Shown: one piece after another, positions 50,158 through 59,907 of the stretch
How the letters are laid out: each line of letters opens with the position of its first letter
How positions within the stretch are numbered: position 1 is the stretch's first letter
Origin: Patescibacteria group bacterium
Lineage (GTDB): Bacteria; Patescibacteriota; Patescibacteriia; UM-FILTER-42-10
Reading direction: 5' to 3'
NCBI GenBank assembly: GCA_041666485.1
Contig: JBAYGW010000001.1
Span: 15,299 to 79,298, forward strand
Length of the DNA stretch: 64,000 nucleotides
The notes under the pieces: generated by a model
The model's database searches: none
What the model saw: the letters and a program-made list of their open reading frames with translations, nothing else
Told to the model about the DNA's origin: nothing
Position numbers and translations under genes: made by a program

Positions 50158-51269
50158 GTAATCACTGCGCTGCCAATTAAGACCGTACTTTTATAAAAAA
50201 CGATTGATTGACCCGGGGTAATCGCTCTTTGAGGTTCAATAAATTCCGCGGATAATACATTATTACTGATTTTAGTTACTGTTAATTCCTGGTCCGTCTG
50301 CCGGTATCTGATTTTTGCCGTGCATTTAAGTGGAAATTTAGGCTCTTCGTCAATCCAATGAACATGGTCCGCAATCAGAGTTTTACAAAATAACTTTTGA
50401 TCATGACTCCCTTTGGCAACAATCAATTCATTTGCCTCAGTATCCTTTGTGACAACATAATAAGGAATTCCGCCGCCGATATTGATCCCTTTTCTCTGAC
50501 CGATAGTATAAAACGGCAGTCCGATATGATTGCCGATTATCTCTCCATCGGTTGTTCTAATTTTACCGGGGGTTTCCTTTAAACGTATCTTTAGAAATTC
50601 TTTAAGATCCACTTCGCCGATAAAACAAATCCCCTGGCTATCTTTTTTATCGTGTGTAGGTAAACCAATTTTCTTCGCAATTGATCTGACGGTTGTCTTC
50701 GTATATGCACCAATCGGAAATAATGTCTTGGAAAGCTGATGTTGATTAAGGGTGCAAAGAAAGTATGACTGGTCTTTATTAACATCCTTACCCTTTAATA
50801 ACTGATACGTGGTTTTACTCCTGCTATTTCTCACCTCCAGAATTTGAGCATAATGACCGGTTGCAATAAAATCCGCTCCCAGTGATAGGCACTTATCCAG
50901 GAATAATTTAAACTTTATCTCCTTATTGCACATGATATCGGGGTTAGGAGTAATCCCCTTCTTATAGCTTTTGTAAAAATAATCAATTACCTTCTCTTTA
51001 TACTCCTTTTCAAAATCAAAAGTATAAAATGGGATTTTAAGCTTAACGCAGACCTTTCTCATGTCCTCCTGGTCTGTAACCCATGGACAAAGATCAAATT
51101 TGTTTTTTAGTGCTTTCTCGTCACTTGGCATTGTCTCAGTCCAATTCTTCATAAAAACACCCACAACATCATAGCCGCGCTTTTTAAGCAAATAGGCGGC
51201 CACTGAGGAGTCAACCCCGCCGCTCATTCCGACAAACACCTTAAGTTTTTTAATCATTGTCTTTTTCAT
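50154..51269 (-). CDS. mnmA: tRNA U34 2-thiouridylase MnmA
   Basis: MSGGVDSS, TPNPDIMCN, ATGHY, KDQSYFL, DSQGICFIG, YTIGQRKG, PGQ. Confidence 0.98.
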   Translation of the reverse strand: MKKTMIKKLKVFVGMSGGVDSSVAAYLLKKRGYDVVGVFMKNWTETMPSDEKALKNKFDLCPWVTDQEDMRKVCVKLKIPFYTFDFEKEYKEKVIDYFYKSYKKGITPNPDIMCNKEIKFKLFLDKCLSLGADFIATGHYAQILEVRNSRSKTTYQLLKGKDVNKDQSYFLCTLNQHQLSKTLFPIGAYTKTTVRSIAKKIGLPTHDKKDSQGICFIGEVDLKEFLKIRLKETPGKIRTTDGEIIGNHIGLPFYTIGQRKGINIGGGIPYYVVTKDTEANELIVAKGSHDQKLFCKTLIADHVHWIDEEPKFPLKCTAKIRYRQTDQELTVTKISNNVLSAEFIEPQRAITPGQSIVFYKSTVLIGSAVIT

Positions 51270-51300
51270 TTTCCCCCAATAACGCAAGTTTAGATATACC

Positions 51301-51327
51301 AAAAACCCGCCTGCATGGCAAGCGGGT
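51301..51327 (-). terminator. Intrinsic terminator after the VirD4-like ATPase
   Basis: Minus strand ACCCGCTTGC-CAT-GCAGGCGGGT-TTTT. Confidence 0.8.
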
Positions 51328-51341
51328 CGTTAAAGTTTGGT

Positions 51342-53084
51342 CTACTGATCAAATTTAATACTCTGGCCGGGTTTTATCACGTGCTCAGAAACTGGATGTT
51401 GCGGAACACTGTCATCCGGGCTTTTTAGTTCAATTTTCGGCAGAGGTTTATTATTATTATTATTCACTTGATTGGTATAGTTGCTCTTCTTTTTCTTCTT
51501 CTTTCTTCTGCCGCCGTCATGATGCGGATTTGGATTTGACGATGTATTTCTTTTTGTCACGTCACTAAAAGATATCGGGCCTTGCTGCAAAGCATCATTT
51601 AAACGTATCTCCTGCGGTGACTCATTAATTACTGGCTCTTTAATTTCACTCGGTGTTTCTACGGGCTGAGTTTTTGGTTCAATAATTTTCAAAACTGATT
51701 TTATCTTAGGTGCCTCGTTACTTTTTTCATGCTGGCTCTGCGCCGCTACGGTTTGTTTTGGACTTGCATTATCACTTTCATTTTCAGCAATACCTTTATA
51801 CATTTCTTCAACACCACTCCATCTTAGAATCTTATCTTCAACTACTTTTACCGGCCTGGCGTATCTTTCACGCGAAGAAACAATAATTTTGTCTAAATTA
51901 CCTGTCTCCCCCTGAATTGGCGGTAAAATTGTCGCGCTAAAAGGGGCGGATGCGACTCCGTCAATCATCAATTTCAAATATACATTGTACTTCGGCAGGT
52001 TTACCAGATCATTTAACATAAAATACGGCTCAAATTCCTTTTCCAAAAATTCAGCATCTTCAGCACCGACGCGGAAACAAATAATCGTTCCAACGTTTCC
52101 AAATACTGCCGCTTTCACCACGTCGCCAAGCTGTTCAATGTATTGATGAGCAATCGTAAGGTTTAGTCTGTATTTCCGCGCTTCTGAAAGTATATTTGCA
52201 AAGCTTTCCGTGGAGAAGTTCTGAAACTCATCAACATACAGATAAAAATCTTCTCTTGTTTCTTCTGGAATGTCCACACGACTCATTGCGGCCAATTGAA
52301 GTTTTGTAATCATCATAGCTCCAAGCAGTGCTGAATTTTCCTCCCCGATTCTACCCTTCGCCAGGTTCATTAAAAGAATTTTCTTTGTATCCATTATCAC
52401 CCTCATATCAATAGTACTCTTGGGCTGTCCGACAATATTTCTAATAATTGAGCTTGATAAAAATTGACCGACCTTATTTTGAATTGGTGATATTGCCTCT
52501 GTTCTGAAGCGCTCATTGTAATTTGCATATTCATCCACCCAGAATGCCTTAACAATCGGATCGGTCAGATTGGATACAATTTTTTTTCGGTAATTTTTAT
52601 CAACTAAAAGTCTGGTAATACCCAGTAAGGTACTGCCGGGATTTTCCAGCAAAGCAAGAATTGTATTCATTAAAATATATTCAAGCCTCGGCCCCCATGA
52701 ATCAGCCCATATTTTCTTAAAAACTCCTACCAGACCGGAAGCGATCAGATTTTTGTATTGCGGATTAACTTCTTCCAGTATATTAAAGGCGATGGGGTGT
52801 TCGGTATCGGAAGGATTAAAATACACGACATCATTTATTCTGTTGGATGGAATAAATTTAATCACCTTTTCCACTGATTCACCGTGCGGATCAACTAAAG
52901 CGACGCCCCGACCCCTGTGAATATCCGATATCACCATATTTTCAATACAATTGGATTTACCAACACCGGTTTTTCCAATTAAATAAACATGTCTTCTTCT
53001 ATCATCTTCTTTAATTCCAAACCTTACTCTCTTGTTACGAAAGTTAGTTTCGGCGAATACTGTTATATCGTTATAATCCGGCAT
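51342..53084 (-). CDS. VirD4/TraD-like coupling ATPase (FtsK-HerA superfamily)
   Basis: RHVYLIGKTGVGKS (Walker A), VDPHG, WGPRLE, YVDEFQNF (Walker B), SEARKY; disordered C-tail. Confidence 0.9.
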   Translation of the reverse strand: MPDYNDITVFAETNFRNKRVRFGIKEDDRRRHVYLIGKTGVGKSNCIENMVISDIHRGRGVALVDPHGESVEKVIKFIPSNRINDVVYFNPSDTEHPIAFNILEEVNPQYKNLIASGLVGVFKKIWADSWGPRLEYILMNTILALLENPGSTLLGITRLLVDKNYRKKIVSNLTDPIVKAFWVDEYANYNERFRTEAISPIQNKVGQFLSSSIIRNIVGQPKSTIDMRVIMDTKKILLMNLAKGRIGEENSALLGAMMITKLQLAAMSRVDIPEETREDFYLYVDEFQNFSTESFANILSEARKYRLNLTIAHQYIEQLGDVVKAAVFGNVGTIICFRVGAEDAEFLEKEFEPYFMLNDLVNLPKYNVYLKLMIDGVASAPFSATILPPIQGETGNLDKIIVSSRERYARPVKVVEDKILRWSGVEEMYKGIAENESDNASPKQTVAAQSQHEKSNEAPKIKSVLKIIEPKTQPVETPSEIKEPVINESPQEIRLNDALQQGPISFSDVTKRNTSSNPNPHHDGGRRKKKKKKSNYTNQVNNNNNKPLPKIELKSPDDSVPQHPVSEHVIKPGQSIKFDQ

Positions 53085-54504
53085 TTGTTAAATCGTCATC
53101 ATTAATTATTTCTATAGGAAGATTTTCCGGTATCCCCGCTCTTGGAACGGCCGGCGCACCAGAGGCTGACCTACCTGGCCTTTGCGGAGATATTCCGGAA
53201 GATGAAAATGCTTCTCTTGGCAATGTTGCCGGCGCACCACCTTTGCGGACTTCCGTTCTCTGCACCGGCGGGACTGTGATAGTTGCGATCGGGAAATGAT
53301 AAATACTCGCCAACTCTTCAATATTTAAAATGAATCCTGTTCCCATGCCCAAGTGATTGGCGCGTTTTTTATATGCTCTCAGAATTTTTTTCTTCTTTAA
53401 TGCAACACGCTTTTCAACCCGCCAGTAATCCGCTTTTGTCTTTGTCCTTTTGTGCGGTTTAAACGCATTCAAATTAAGAGTGTTGTACTGAAACAAAGCG
53501 CCTAATACCGGGCTGATGCCTCTGTTTTTATCAAAGATTTCTTTTTTACCAACATAGACAAGCCTGATTTTAGTTCTAAATGCTATTTTGGTCATTTTTT
53601 CCTGTATCGCCTCAATAACACTCCTGGCTCCCGGGGTTAAAAATTGCATTTCACTCTTTGCTTTGGTATCTGCTTTGCTGGTATCAGTACTTGATGCCCC
53701 GCCAAGAACCTGATTAACCGCCTCGTCACCAAAACCCTTCAGAGTACTTGTCAACGGCGAAAAAACTCCTTTTTTCTGTGCTGATTTTTCTCCGGCTAAT
53801 TTTTTGACCAACTGTGAGGCATTTTCCGTCCAGGAAGAATTTGCGGGTGTTATGACAATTTGAAGCCACGTTTGTTCACCCGGTTGCAAACGGGATAAAG
53901 CTTCCAATATTGATGCCATCGGATCGGCAAATGTCTGACTTAAAGTATGTTCAAAATTCTTATAGGTACGTATAGGATATGCTTCTTTTTTTGCCAGTGT
54001 AAATTCGGTACCCCATAGATCATATTCATCATTTGGAAATTTATTTTCCACTGAATCCGTATAATCACCCACCTCCGTTATTTCCGCATCCGGGTATTGG
54101 GCATAAATCGCCGATTCAATCAAATCTCTGTTGCTTTTGTCTGACCTGATCAGATATTGAATATATCCGTCAATACTGACTAATTCAAGCGAATAGCGTC
54201 CCTGGACTTTGCCCAGCCAATAACGTTCGTATTTATTACCCTTTGCCTCAATTGCATATAGATGCGCAAATATCTGTTCAACCGCAACCAGCGACTGCTC
54301 ATTTTCTCTTGGTATATCCAGTGCCAATAAAACCGGTTCCTGTGCGTCCCTATATCTTTGCCTTGCGCGCTCCAACCTCGCAATATATAGGCCGATTATC
54401 AAAAGGACTACCAGGGCAATCCAGCCACCATTCACAAAAATCCACCATGCAGCGGCAAGCGGATTCTGTACACCCATAGATGTAAAATCTAAAGAGATTT
54501 CCAT
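53071..54504 (-). CDS. Membrane-anchored hypothetical partner of the VirD4-like ATPase
   Basis: N-terminal TM, SLELVS, IYAQYPDAEITEV.DY, YPIRTY, ELASIYHFP; overlaps the ATPase start. Confidence 0.8.
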   Translation of the reverse strand: MEISLDFTSMGVQNPLAAAWWIFVNGGWIALVVLLIIGLYIARLERARQRYRDAQEPVLLALDIPRENEQSLVAVEQIFAHLYAIEAKGNKYERYWLGKVQGRYSLELVSIDGYIQYLIRSDKSNRDLIESAIYAQYPDAEITEVGDYTDSVENKFPNDEYDLWGTEFTLAKKEAYPIRTYKNFEHTLSQTFADPMASILEALSRLQPGEQTWLQIVITPANSSWTENASQLVKKLAGEKSAQKKGVFSPLTSTLKGFGDEAVNQVLGGASSTDTSKADTKAKSEMQFLTPGARSVIEAIQEKMTKIAFRTKIRLVYVGKKEIFDKNRGISPVLGALFQYNTLNLNAFKPHKRTKTKADYWRVEKRVALKKKKILRAYKKRANHLGMGTGFILNIEELASIYHFPIATITVPPVQRTEVRKGGAPATLPREAFSSSGISPQRPGRSASGAPAVPRAGIPENLPIEIINDDDLTNAGL

Positions 54505-54510
54505 TTTAAG

Positions 54511-55668
54511 CTACTGATTAGGGATTGTTTCAGATACTTCCTGTTTAAGCGCATTGTGATTTAAAGTATAGCGTTTATCCGGAAGTTTAGTAAATTTAGT
54601 TTTATCTGTCAGCGCCAAATGGATGGTGTTTTTTCTTACAACCCTCTGGTCCAACACTCTGCGTACTAGCTCATCCCTAGTCAGCGGCTCGCTGGCTTTT
54701 TCCAGTATCTTAATCAGAACATCAGAAACCACGCCCGGCTTGTATCCCCATTCCTCTAATGCATAAATCCCGCGTCCAACCAAAACAAAATCATTATTTA
54801 ATATAAGTTCATTATGCACAGTCGGAGGATATGCTTTACGGCGGTCAAACTTAACTTTATTGATCAGTTCGGTAATATCATTGAAATGCAAGGGCTTACC
54901 CTCCTTTTTCAAAACCAAGTATATCTTATCTTTCATCCGTTTCGGATTAATTGACCCCCATTTCGCTAAACCATACTCATCAAAAGGATTACTATCAATT
55001 TTTTTACTCAATGTAATGTAGGAGTGAATACCTTCATCCGTCAGTAATTCTTTTTTATTGGCGTAGTATTCCGTGTGATGGAATTTGTACAAAAGCTCAT
55101 CCAGTTTCATCGGCTTGCCTTCCTTTTCCAGGATCTGTACAAGCTGATCAATTGTTTCATTAACGAAATCCAAAGATACGTGAGGTAATCCCCAGGATTT
55201 TGATACAGATAGTGATGCCGGGATACGCACAATTTTCATGGAAATCAATTCCTCCAGGATAAACACCGCGCAATTATTATTTAACGGGTTATCGGACGCA
55301 AAATTAAGCAACTCATGCAACAGCGAATGTTCGTCCATGATTCCACCATTATGCCCCAAAACATTTGAAATAGTATGTTCCAATTCTGAGGACATTTTAC
55401 TGAATTCTCTCAACCCTTTTATTTTTTTGATTGCCGAATTCTCTATCTGCCGAATTCGCTCACGAGTCACATTATAAGCCTTACCGATCGCCTCCAGGGT
55501 CTCTTTTGCTTGCCCACTCAAGCCAAAACGACGCCTCAAAACATCCTCTTCCTTATTTGTCAGATATTTAAGTAATGAAGAGACTGTATCACTGGGACTA
55601 AATCCCTCTATTTCCGCCTCCTGTTTTGAACTTATTACCTTATCTAGAATTGAATTTTGGTCTGTCAT
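54511..55668 (-). CDS. Sigma70 region-4 HTH fused to HARE-HTH/RNAP-delta-like winged-helix domains
   Basis: LRRRFGL...TLEAIG..YNVTRERIRQIE..AIKK, then PLHF.DI...TVHNELI....FVLVGRGIYAL.EWG; no sigma region 2. Confidence 0.85.
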   Translation of the reverse strand: MTDQNSILDKVISSKQEAEIEGFSPSDTVSSLLKYLTNKEEDVLRRRFGLSGQAKETLEAIGKAYNVTRERIRQIENSAIKKIKGLREFSKMSSELEHTISNVLGHNGGIMDEHSLLHELLNFASDNPLNNNCAVFILEELISMKIVRIPASLSVSKSWGLPHVSLDFVNETIDQLVQILEKEGKPMKLDELLYKFHHTEYYANKKELLTDEGIHSYITLSKKIDSNPFDEYGLAKWGSINPKRMKDKIYLVLKKEGKPLHFNDITELINKVKFDRRKAYPPTVHNELILNNDFVLVGRGIYALEEWGYKPGVVSDVLIKILEKASEPLTRDELVRRVLDQRVVRKNTIHLALTDKTKFTKLPDKRYTLNHNALKQEVSETIPNQ

Positions 55669-55697
55669 AATTGTTATATAATTATTCCAATATCTTC

Positions 55698-55726
55698 AGT
55701 ATAGCATAAGCTTGAATAAGTGTCAA
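55698..55726 (-). promoter_or_regulatory. Sigma70 promoter for the sigma4-HTH operon
   Basis: TTGACA-17 nt-TATACT with extended TGn. Confidence 0.8.
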
Positions 55727-55782
55727 GAAAGTGGTCATAACAAAAAACTGTACAGTACAGACAGTTGCATTGAAATTACAAA

Positions 55783-56679
55783 TTAATTTTTTGAAAACTT
55801 GTTATGCCAAAGCAATAACAGAGGGCTTGCGATAAAAATTGATGAATATGTACCAACGACTATTCCGATGATTAAAGCAAGTACAAAATACTTCAGCGAT
55901 TCACCTCCAAAAAGATACAAAGCAATTAATACTAAAAGTGTTGTAAATGATGTATTAATTGATCTGACCATAGTTTCGTTAATTGATTTATTGATTGTTT
56001 CCTCAAAGTCAGAGCTTGAACCTTTAACTATGCCTTCCCTGATTCTGTCATAAACAACAATTGTATCATGAACAGAAAAGCCTAGAATTGTCAGTAAAGC
56101 TGTAACAAATAATGCATCTAGTTGAACCCCTAAAAAGTATCCAAGCGCGGCAAAAACTCCTGTGACAATCAAAATATCGTGTGCCAGCGCAATTATCGCG
56201 CATACTCCAAATATATAAGCCGGAACCGGTCCTCCTGAGATCTTTCTAAATGCATAGGACAAATAGGCAATAATCGCCGCCATTACAAATAGGACACCGA
56301 CAATTGTCTTCTGCTTAAGCTCGTTACCAACCGTAGGACCAACTGACTCAAAACTCAGCTCATTTACTGTTCCGTAGTTCTCATTCAATTTGGCAAGAAT
56401 TTGTACTCTTGTATCATTCTCAATGGTTTTCATTCTTATCATAATATCCTTGTCCTTTACAGGCTGAACCACGACATCTCCAAGATTGAATTCATCAAGA
56501 ATCGCTTGTATTTCCTGCGCATTTGGTCTGACTCCGTCAAATTGTACCTGCAGTAACGATCCACCACTGAAATCAATGCCGAGCTTCAGTCCGCCCATGG
56601 AAATAAATACAATACTTGCCGTAACCAGCAACATTGAAATTGCATACCATACTTTTCTAGTGCCCAGAATATTATACAT
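55783..56679 (-). CDS. secF: Protein translocase subunit SecF
   Basis: LGIDFSGG, VGPTVG, HD, GFSVHDTIVVYDRIRE, GTYSSIFIA. Confidence 0.98.
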   Translation of the reverse strand: MYNILGTRKVWYAISMLLVTASIVFISMGGLKLGIDFSGGSLLQVQFDGVRPNAQEIQAILDEFNLGDVVVQPVKDKDIMIRMKTIENDTRVQILAKLNENYGTVNELSFESVGPTVGNELKQKTIVGVLFVMAAIIAYLSYAFRKISGGPVPAYIFGVCAIIALAHDILIVTGVFAALGYFLGVQLDALFVTALLTILGFSVHDTIVVYDRIREGIVKGSSSDFEETINKSINETMVRSINTSFTTLLVLIALYLFGGESLKYFVLALIIGIVVGTYSSIFIASPLLLLWHNKFSKN

Positions 56680-56687
56680 ATTTGTAA

Positions 56688-58352
56688 CTATTTATTTTTT
56701 ACACCAAACAACCAAAGTCCGTGCCATTTTTTGATGGCTGAGATTCTTAAAAAGTTTCTGGTAATGGTAATTGCGGAAAACATGCTGATCAATATCCCCA
56801 TTGCCAATGTTATTGCAAAACCTTTAATCAAGCTCGTTCCAAACCAGGTAAGAATCAAACAAGTGATTAGAGAAGATACGTTTGAATCGCGAATAGACGG
56901 CCAAGCACGTTTAAAACCGTCCTCAATCGCGCTGAGTAACGGTTTACCTAATCTCAACTCTTCTTTCATTCTTTCAAAAATAAGCACATTGGCATCAACA
57001 GCCATACCGATTGACAGTATGAATCCGGCGATACCCGCTAACGTAAGCGTCACCGGCCAAAGCTTGAATAAGGCTAGTGCTAACAATGAATAGATAAGCA
57101 GGGCAATCACAGACAATAACCCCGGTAGACGATAATAAATTATCATAAACAAAGCAACGAGAACTAGCCCAACGATACCCGCAAACAGACTTCTTTCAAT
57201 TGATTCTTGACCAAGCGTTGCCCCAATGTTTTGCTGATTAAGCAGTGATATCGGGATAGGCAGCGCTCCAGAGTTGAGTCTTCTGGTTAAAATTTTTGCT
57301 TCTTCCAAGGTAAAGCTCCCGGTAATTGACGCCTCCCCCGTTGTTATTTCTGATTGGACAACCGGAATACTGATTGGTGCGTGATCAAGATATATTGCAA
57401 CAGGTTTCCCCAAATTTCGTTTGGTAACTTCTGCAAACAACTTGGTGCCCTCATCATTGAATTTCAAACTAATCTCAGGCTGTCCGGTTGATTGATCAAA
57501 CTGAACCTGGGCGCTTTGCAAGTGTTTGCCTGATAAACCGGTATTCACATAATTCGTTGAGTCTGCGGCTTCCTTTGATTGAGTCTGGATCAATATTTGA
57601 CGTGCTCTTGCCTTTTCTTCCTCCACACCCTGGTCATTAACAGTCGTTGTTTTACTTTCCAGCTTAATAATATGGTATCCGTATTGGGTTTGGACTAACT
57701 CCGGATATACTTTTCCAACCTCCGCTTTTTCAAACACTACTTCATCAAATTCAGGCACCATTGCCCCTCTTCCGAACTCCCCTAAATCGCCGCCATTTTT
57801 GGACGAGGAGCCCTCACTTTTTTCATCAGCTAAAGTTGCAAAATCGGTATTGGGATCAAGCGCTGAAAGCAAAATTTCTTCAGCTCTAATTTTAGCATCA
57901 GCATTATACGCATCCATTGCCTGAGTTTGCTCTGCAGTTAGTTCAACTGGCGCCTGCTCTCTAAACTCCAATAAAGGTGTTTCACCGATCATTTGGATAG
58001 CCTGCGTAATGTCAGATACCCCAGGAAGCTCAACAATCACGCGATAATCATCACCAGATTTATTAGTTTGCACAATTGGCTCCGATACGCCAAAAGAATT
58101 TACTCTTCTCTCTATTACATCTCGCACGCCTTCTATAGCATCCGGTTTTTCTGCAGCAGCAATACCACTGGTATCAGCCTGGTAAACTAAATGCGTCCCA
58201 CCTTGTAAATCCAAGCCAAGGTGAACTTTTATCTCTTTAAAATAACTTCCGATTCGTATATTTGGACCCTTTGGCCAATCAACCAACCCAGCCAAAACAA
58301 CCAGCACTAATATCAGGGCGGAGCTGAGCCAGAGTCTTTTGCGTATTGTCAT
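56688..58352 (-). CDS. secD: Protein translocase subunit SecD with inserted parvulin PPIase domain
   Basis: LGLDLQGG, RRVNSFGVSEP, GMAVDANVLIFER; insertion contains GGDLGEF...MVPEF...TQYGYHII. Confidence 0.97.
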   Translation of the reverse strand: MTIRKRLWLSSALILVLVVLAGLVDWPKGPNIRIGSYFKEIKVHLGLDLQGGTHLVYQADTSGIAAAEKPDAIEGVRDVIERRVNSFGVSEPIVQTNKSGDDYRVIVELPGVSDITQAIQMIGETPLLEFREQAPVELTAEQTQAMDAYNADAKIRAEEILLSALDPNTDFATLADEKSEGSSSKNGGDLGEFGRGAMVPEFDEVVFEKAEVGKVYPELVQTQYGYHIIKLESKTTTVNDQGVEEEKARARQILIQTQSKEAADSTNYVNTGLSGKHLQSAQVQFDQSTGQPEISLKFNDEGTKLFAEVTKRNLGKPVAIYLDHAPISIPVVQSEITTGEASITGSFTLEEAKILTRRLNSGALPIPISLLNQQNIGATLGQESIERSLFAGIVGLVLVALFMIIYYRLPGLLSVIALLIYSLLALALFKLWPVTLTLAGIAGFILSIGMAVDANVLIFERMKEELRLGKPLLSAIEDGFKRAWPSIRDSNVSSLITCLILTWFGTSLIKGFAITLAMGILISMFSAITITRNFLRISAIKKWHGLWLFGVKNK

Positions 58353-58400
58353 ATACTACTGGATATTGAAACAAACAAAAATTAGATAAATACTGTAAAG

Positions 58401-58429
58401 ATTATACACAAAATAGAAATTCTTATCAA
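58401..58429 (-). promoter_or_regulatory. Sigma70 promoter for secDF
   Basis: TTGATA-17 nt-TATAAT. Confidence 0.7.
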
Positions 58430-58431
58430 AT

Positions 58432-59841
58432 CTAGTTACGAATAATAACCGGAATCCCCAAATTTGCCCATTGATAAACCCAGGCCGAATCGGTGCGGGA
58501 CATATTGATACACCCATGACTCATACGGTGACCGAAGTTATTATGCCAATATGTGCCATGGATCGTGTATGCCCCATAAAAAGACAGGACAAACGGAACA
58601 TCCTTGAGATCGTAGTTATCCGGATTATCCGGACCATAAAACCAGCTCATATCGGTTGATTCACGCTTCCAATATACATTATATTCACCGATAGGTGTGT
58701 CGTGTTTACCCTTGATTCCTGAGGAAATAAGAAATGAGTCAACCAATTTATCGTTTTCATAGGCGTATAATTTCTGTTCGGTAAGATTCACCTCAATGTA
58801 TTTGTAATAATCCGGCCTGTTCACTTCTTGCCATGCACTAGGCCCGGTTATAATGTCGTCTATTCCATCTCCAGTAATATCACCCACAGCAACGTTCACG
58901 CCACCTCTAAAATCTTTTTCGTAAGCAAAAAATGAATTCGCGACAAGGGTGCCATTAGCTTCAAACATCCTGATATGTGGACCACCTGCTCTCGTTGGAA
59001 CAGTTACCACCTCATCAAAACCGTCATTGTCAACATCGCCGGCAGCAACCCGGGTTCCACCCTGAAAATAATCAGGATATGAATAAAATTCTCCTAAGAT
59101 TGTCCTTTTGGCATCAAACTTATATACTTTTGTCCAGGTTTTACCGAATTTTTCCACTGCCATAACAATCTCTTCCTCGGGACCCCCATCAAAATTTCCA
59201 ACAGCCAGTGAGACCCCTCCGCGATCGCCTGAACGAAATGGAAGGAAATCAATTCCCTGAAAATCCCCCAGATAATTAAACACGCGAACATGCGCTCCGC
59301 CTGACGAACCGGGTGCTGCTACAATTTCATCCTTTCCGTCGCCATTAACATCACCGACTGCAACATTTACTCCACCACGCATGTCTTCGGCAAACGCAAA
59401 AAAACCTGGGGTAAATTTCGGATTGCCGTTAACATCAAATATACGGACATGTGGTCCACCGCCGGAACCTGAACCAGTTACTATTTCAATTTCTCCATCA
59501 CCGTTTAAATCACCGCATGCCACCGTAATACCGTTTCTAAAAGATTCCGCATAGGCCAAAAAACCGGTTACTTTAAATGAGTAGGGCCAGATTATTTTTA
59601 CATTCGGACCGCCGCCCGGTCCGGCACCGACGATAATTTCATTTTTACCGTTACCGTCCACATCACACGTTGCTACAGAAACACCCCCCTCAAAACTCTC
59701 GGGATAGACATTTAAACTTCTTCTAATATCTCCAGCAGAACTGAAAACCCGTATTTCGGGAGCGCGGGTTTTGGTATAAGCAAATGAAGTAAATGGTATT
59801 ACTACTAATATAGTTGCGGTAAATAGTATCTTCTTTAGCAT
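58432..59841 (-). CDS. Secreted FG-GAP/VCBS repeat protein with C-terminal L,D-transpeptidase (YkuD) domain
   Basis: Signal peptide, repeated GGVxVAxGDVxGDGxxEI...GGGPHVR, then IHGTYWH...SHGCINM; ATG at 59841. Confidence 0.9.
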   Translation of the reverse strand: MLKKILFTATILVVIPFTSFAYTKTRAPEIRVFSSAGDIRRSLNVYPESFEGGVSVATCDVDGNGKNEIIVGAGPGGGPNVKIIWPYSFKVTGFLAYAESFRNGITVACGDLNGDGEIEIVTGSGSGGGPHVRIFDVNGNPKFTPGFFAFAEDMRGGVNVAVGDVNGDGKDEIVAAPGSSGGAHVRVFNYLGDFQGIDFLPFRSGDRGGVSLAVGNFDGGPEEEIVMAVEKFGKTWTKVYKFDAKRTILGEFYSYPDYFQGGTRVAAGDVDNDGFDEVVTVPTRAGGPHIRMFEANGTLVANSFFAYEKDFRGGVNVAVGDITGDGIDDIITGPSAWQEVNRPDYYKYIEVNLTEQKLYAYENDKLVDSFLISSGIKGKHDTPIGEYNVYWKRESTDMSWFYGPDNPDNYDLKDVPFVLSFYGAYTIHGTYWHNNFGHRMSHGCINMSRTDSAWVYQWANLGIPVIIRN

Positions 59842-59870
59842 ACGTATATTGTAACAAAATATATGCAAAC

Positions 59871-59899
59871 AAAAAAGAGGAGATCAATCCTCTTTTTTT
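59871..59899. terminator. Intrinsic terminator between the two L,D-transpeptidase paralogs
   Basis: AAAAAAGAGGA-GATCAA-TCCTCTTTTTT. Confidence 0.8.
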
Positions 59900-59907
59900 A
59901 TTACTTA

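Noticed and set aside
51342-53084. Conjugative element or ICE
   Set aside because: No relaxase, VirB4/VirB genes, integrase or att sites are visible, and the flanks are housekeeping genes.
54511-55668. Bona fide sigma factor
   Set aside because: Only region 4 is present; no region 2 core-binding/-10 recognition motif was found.
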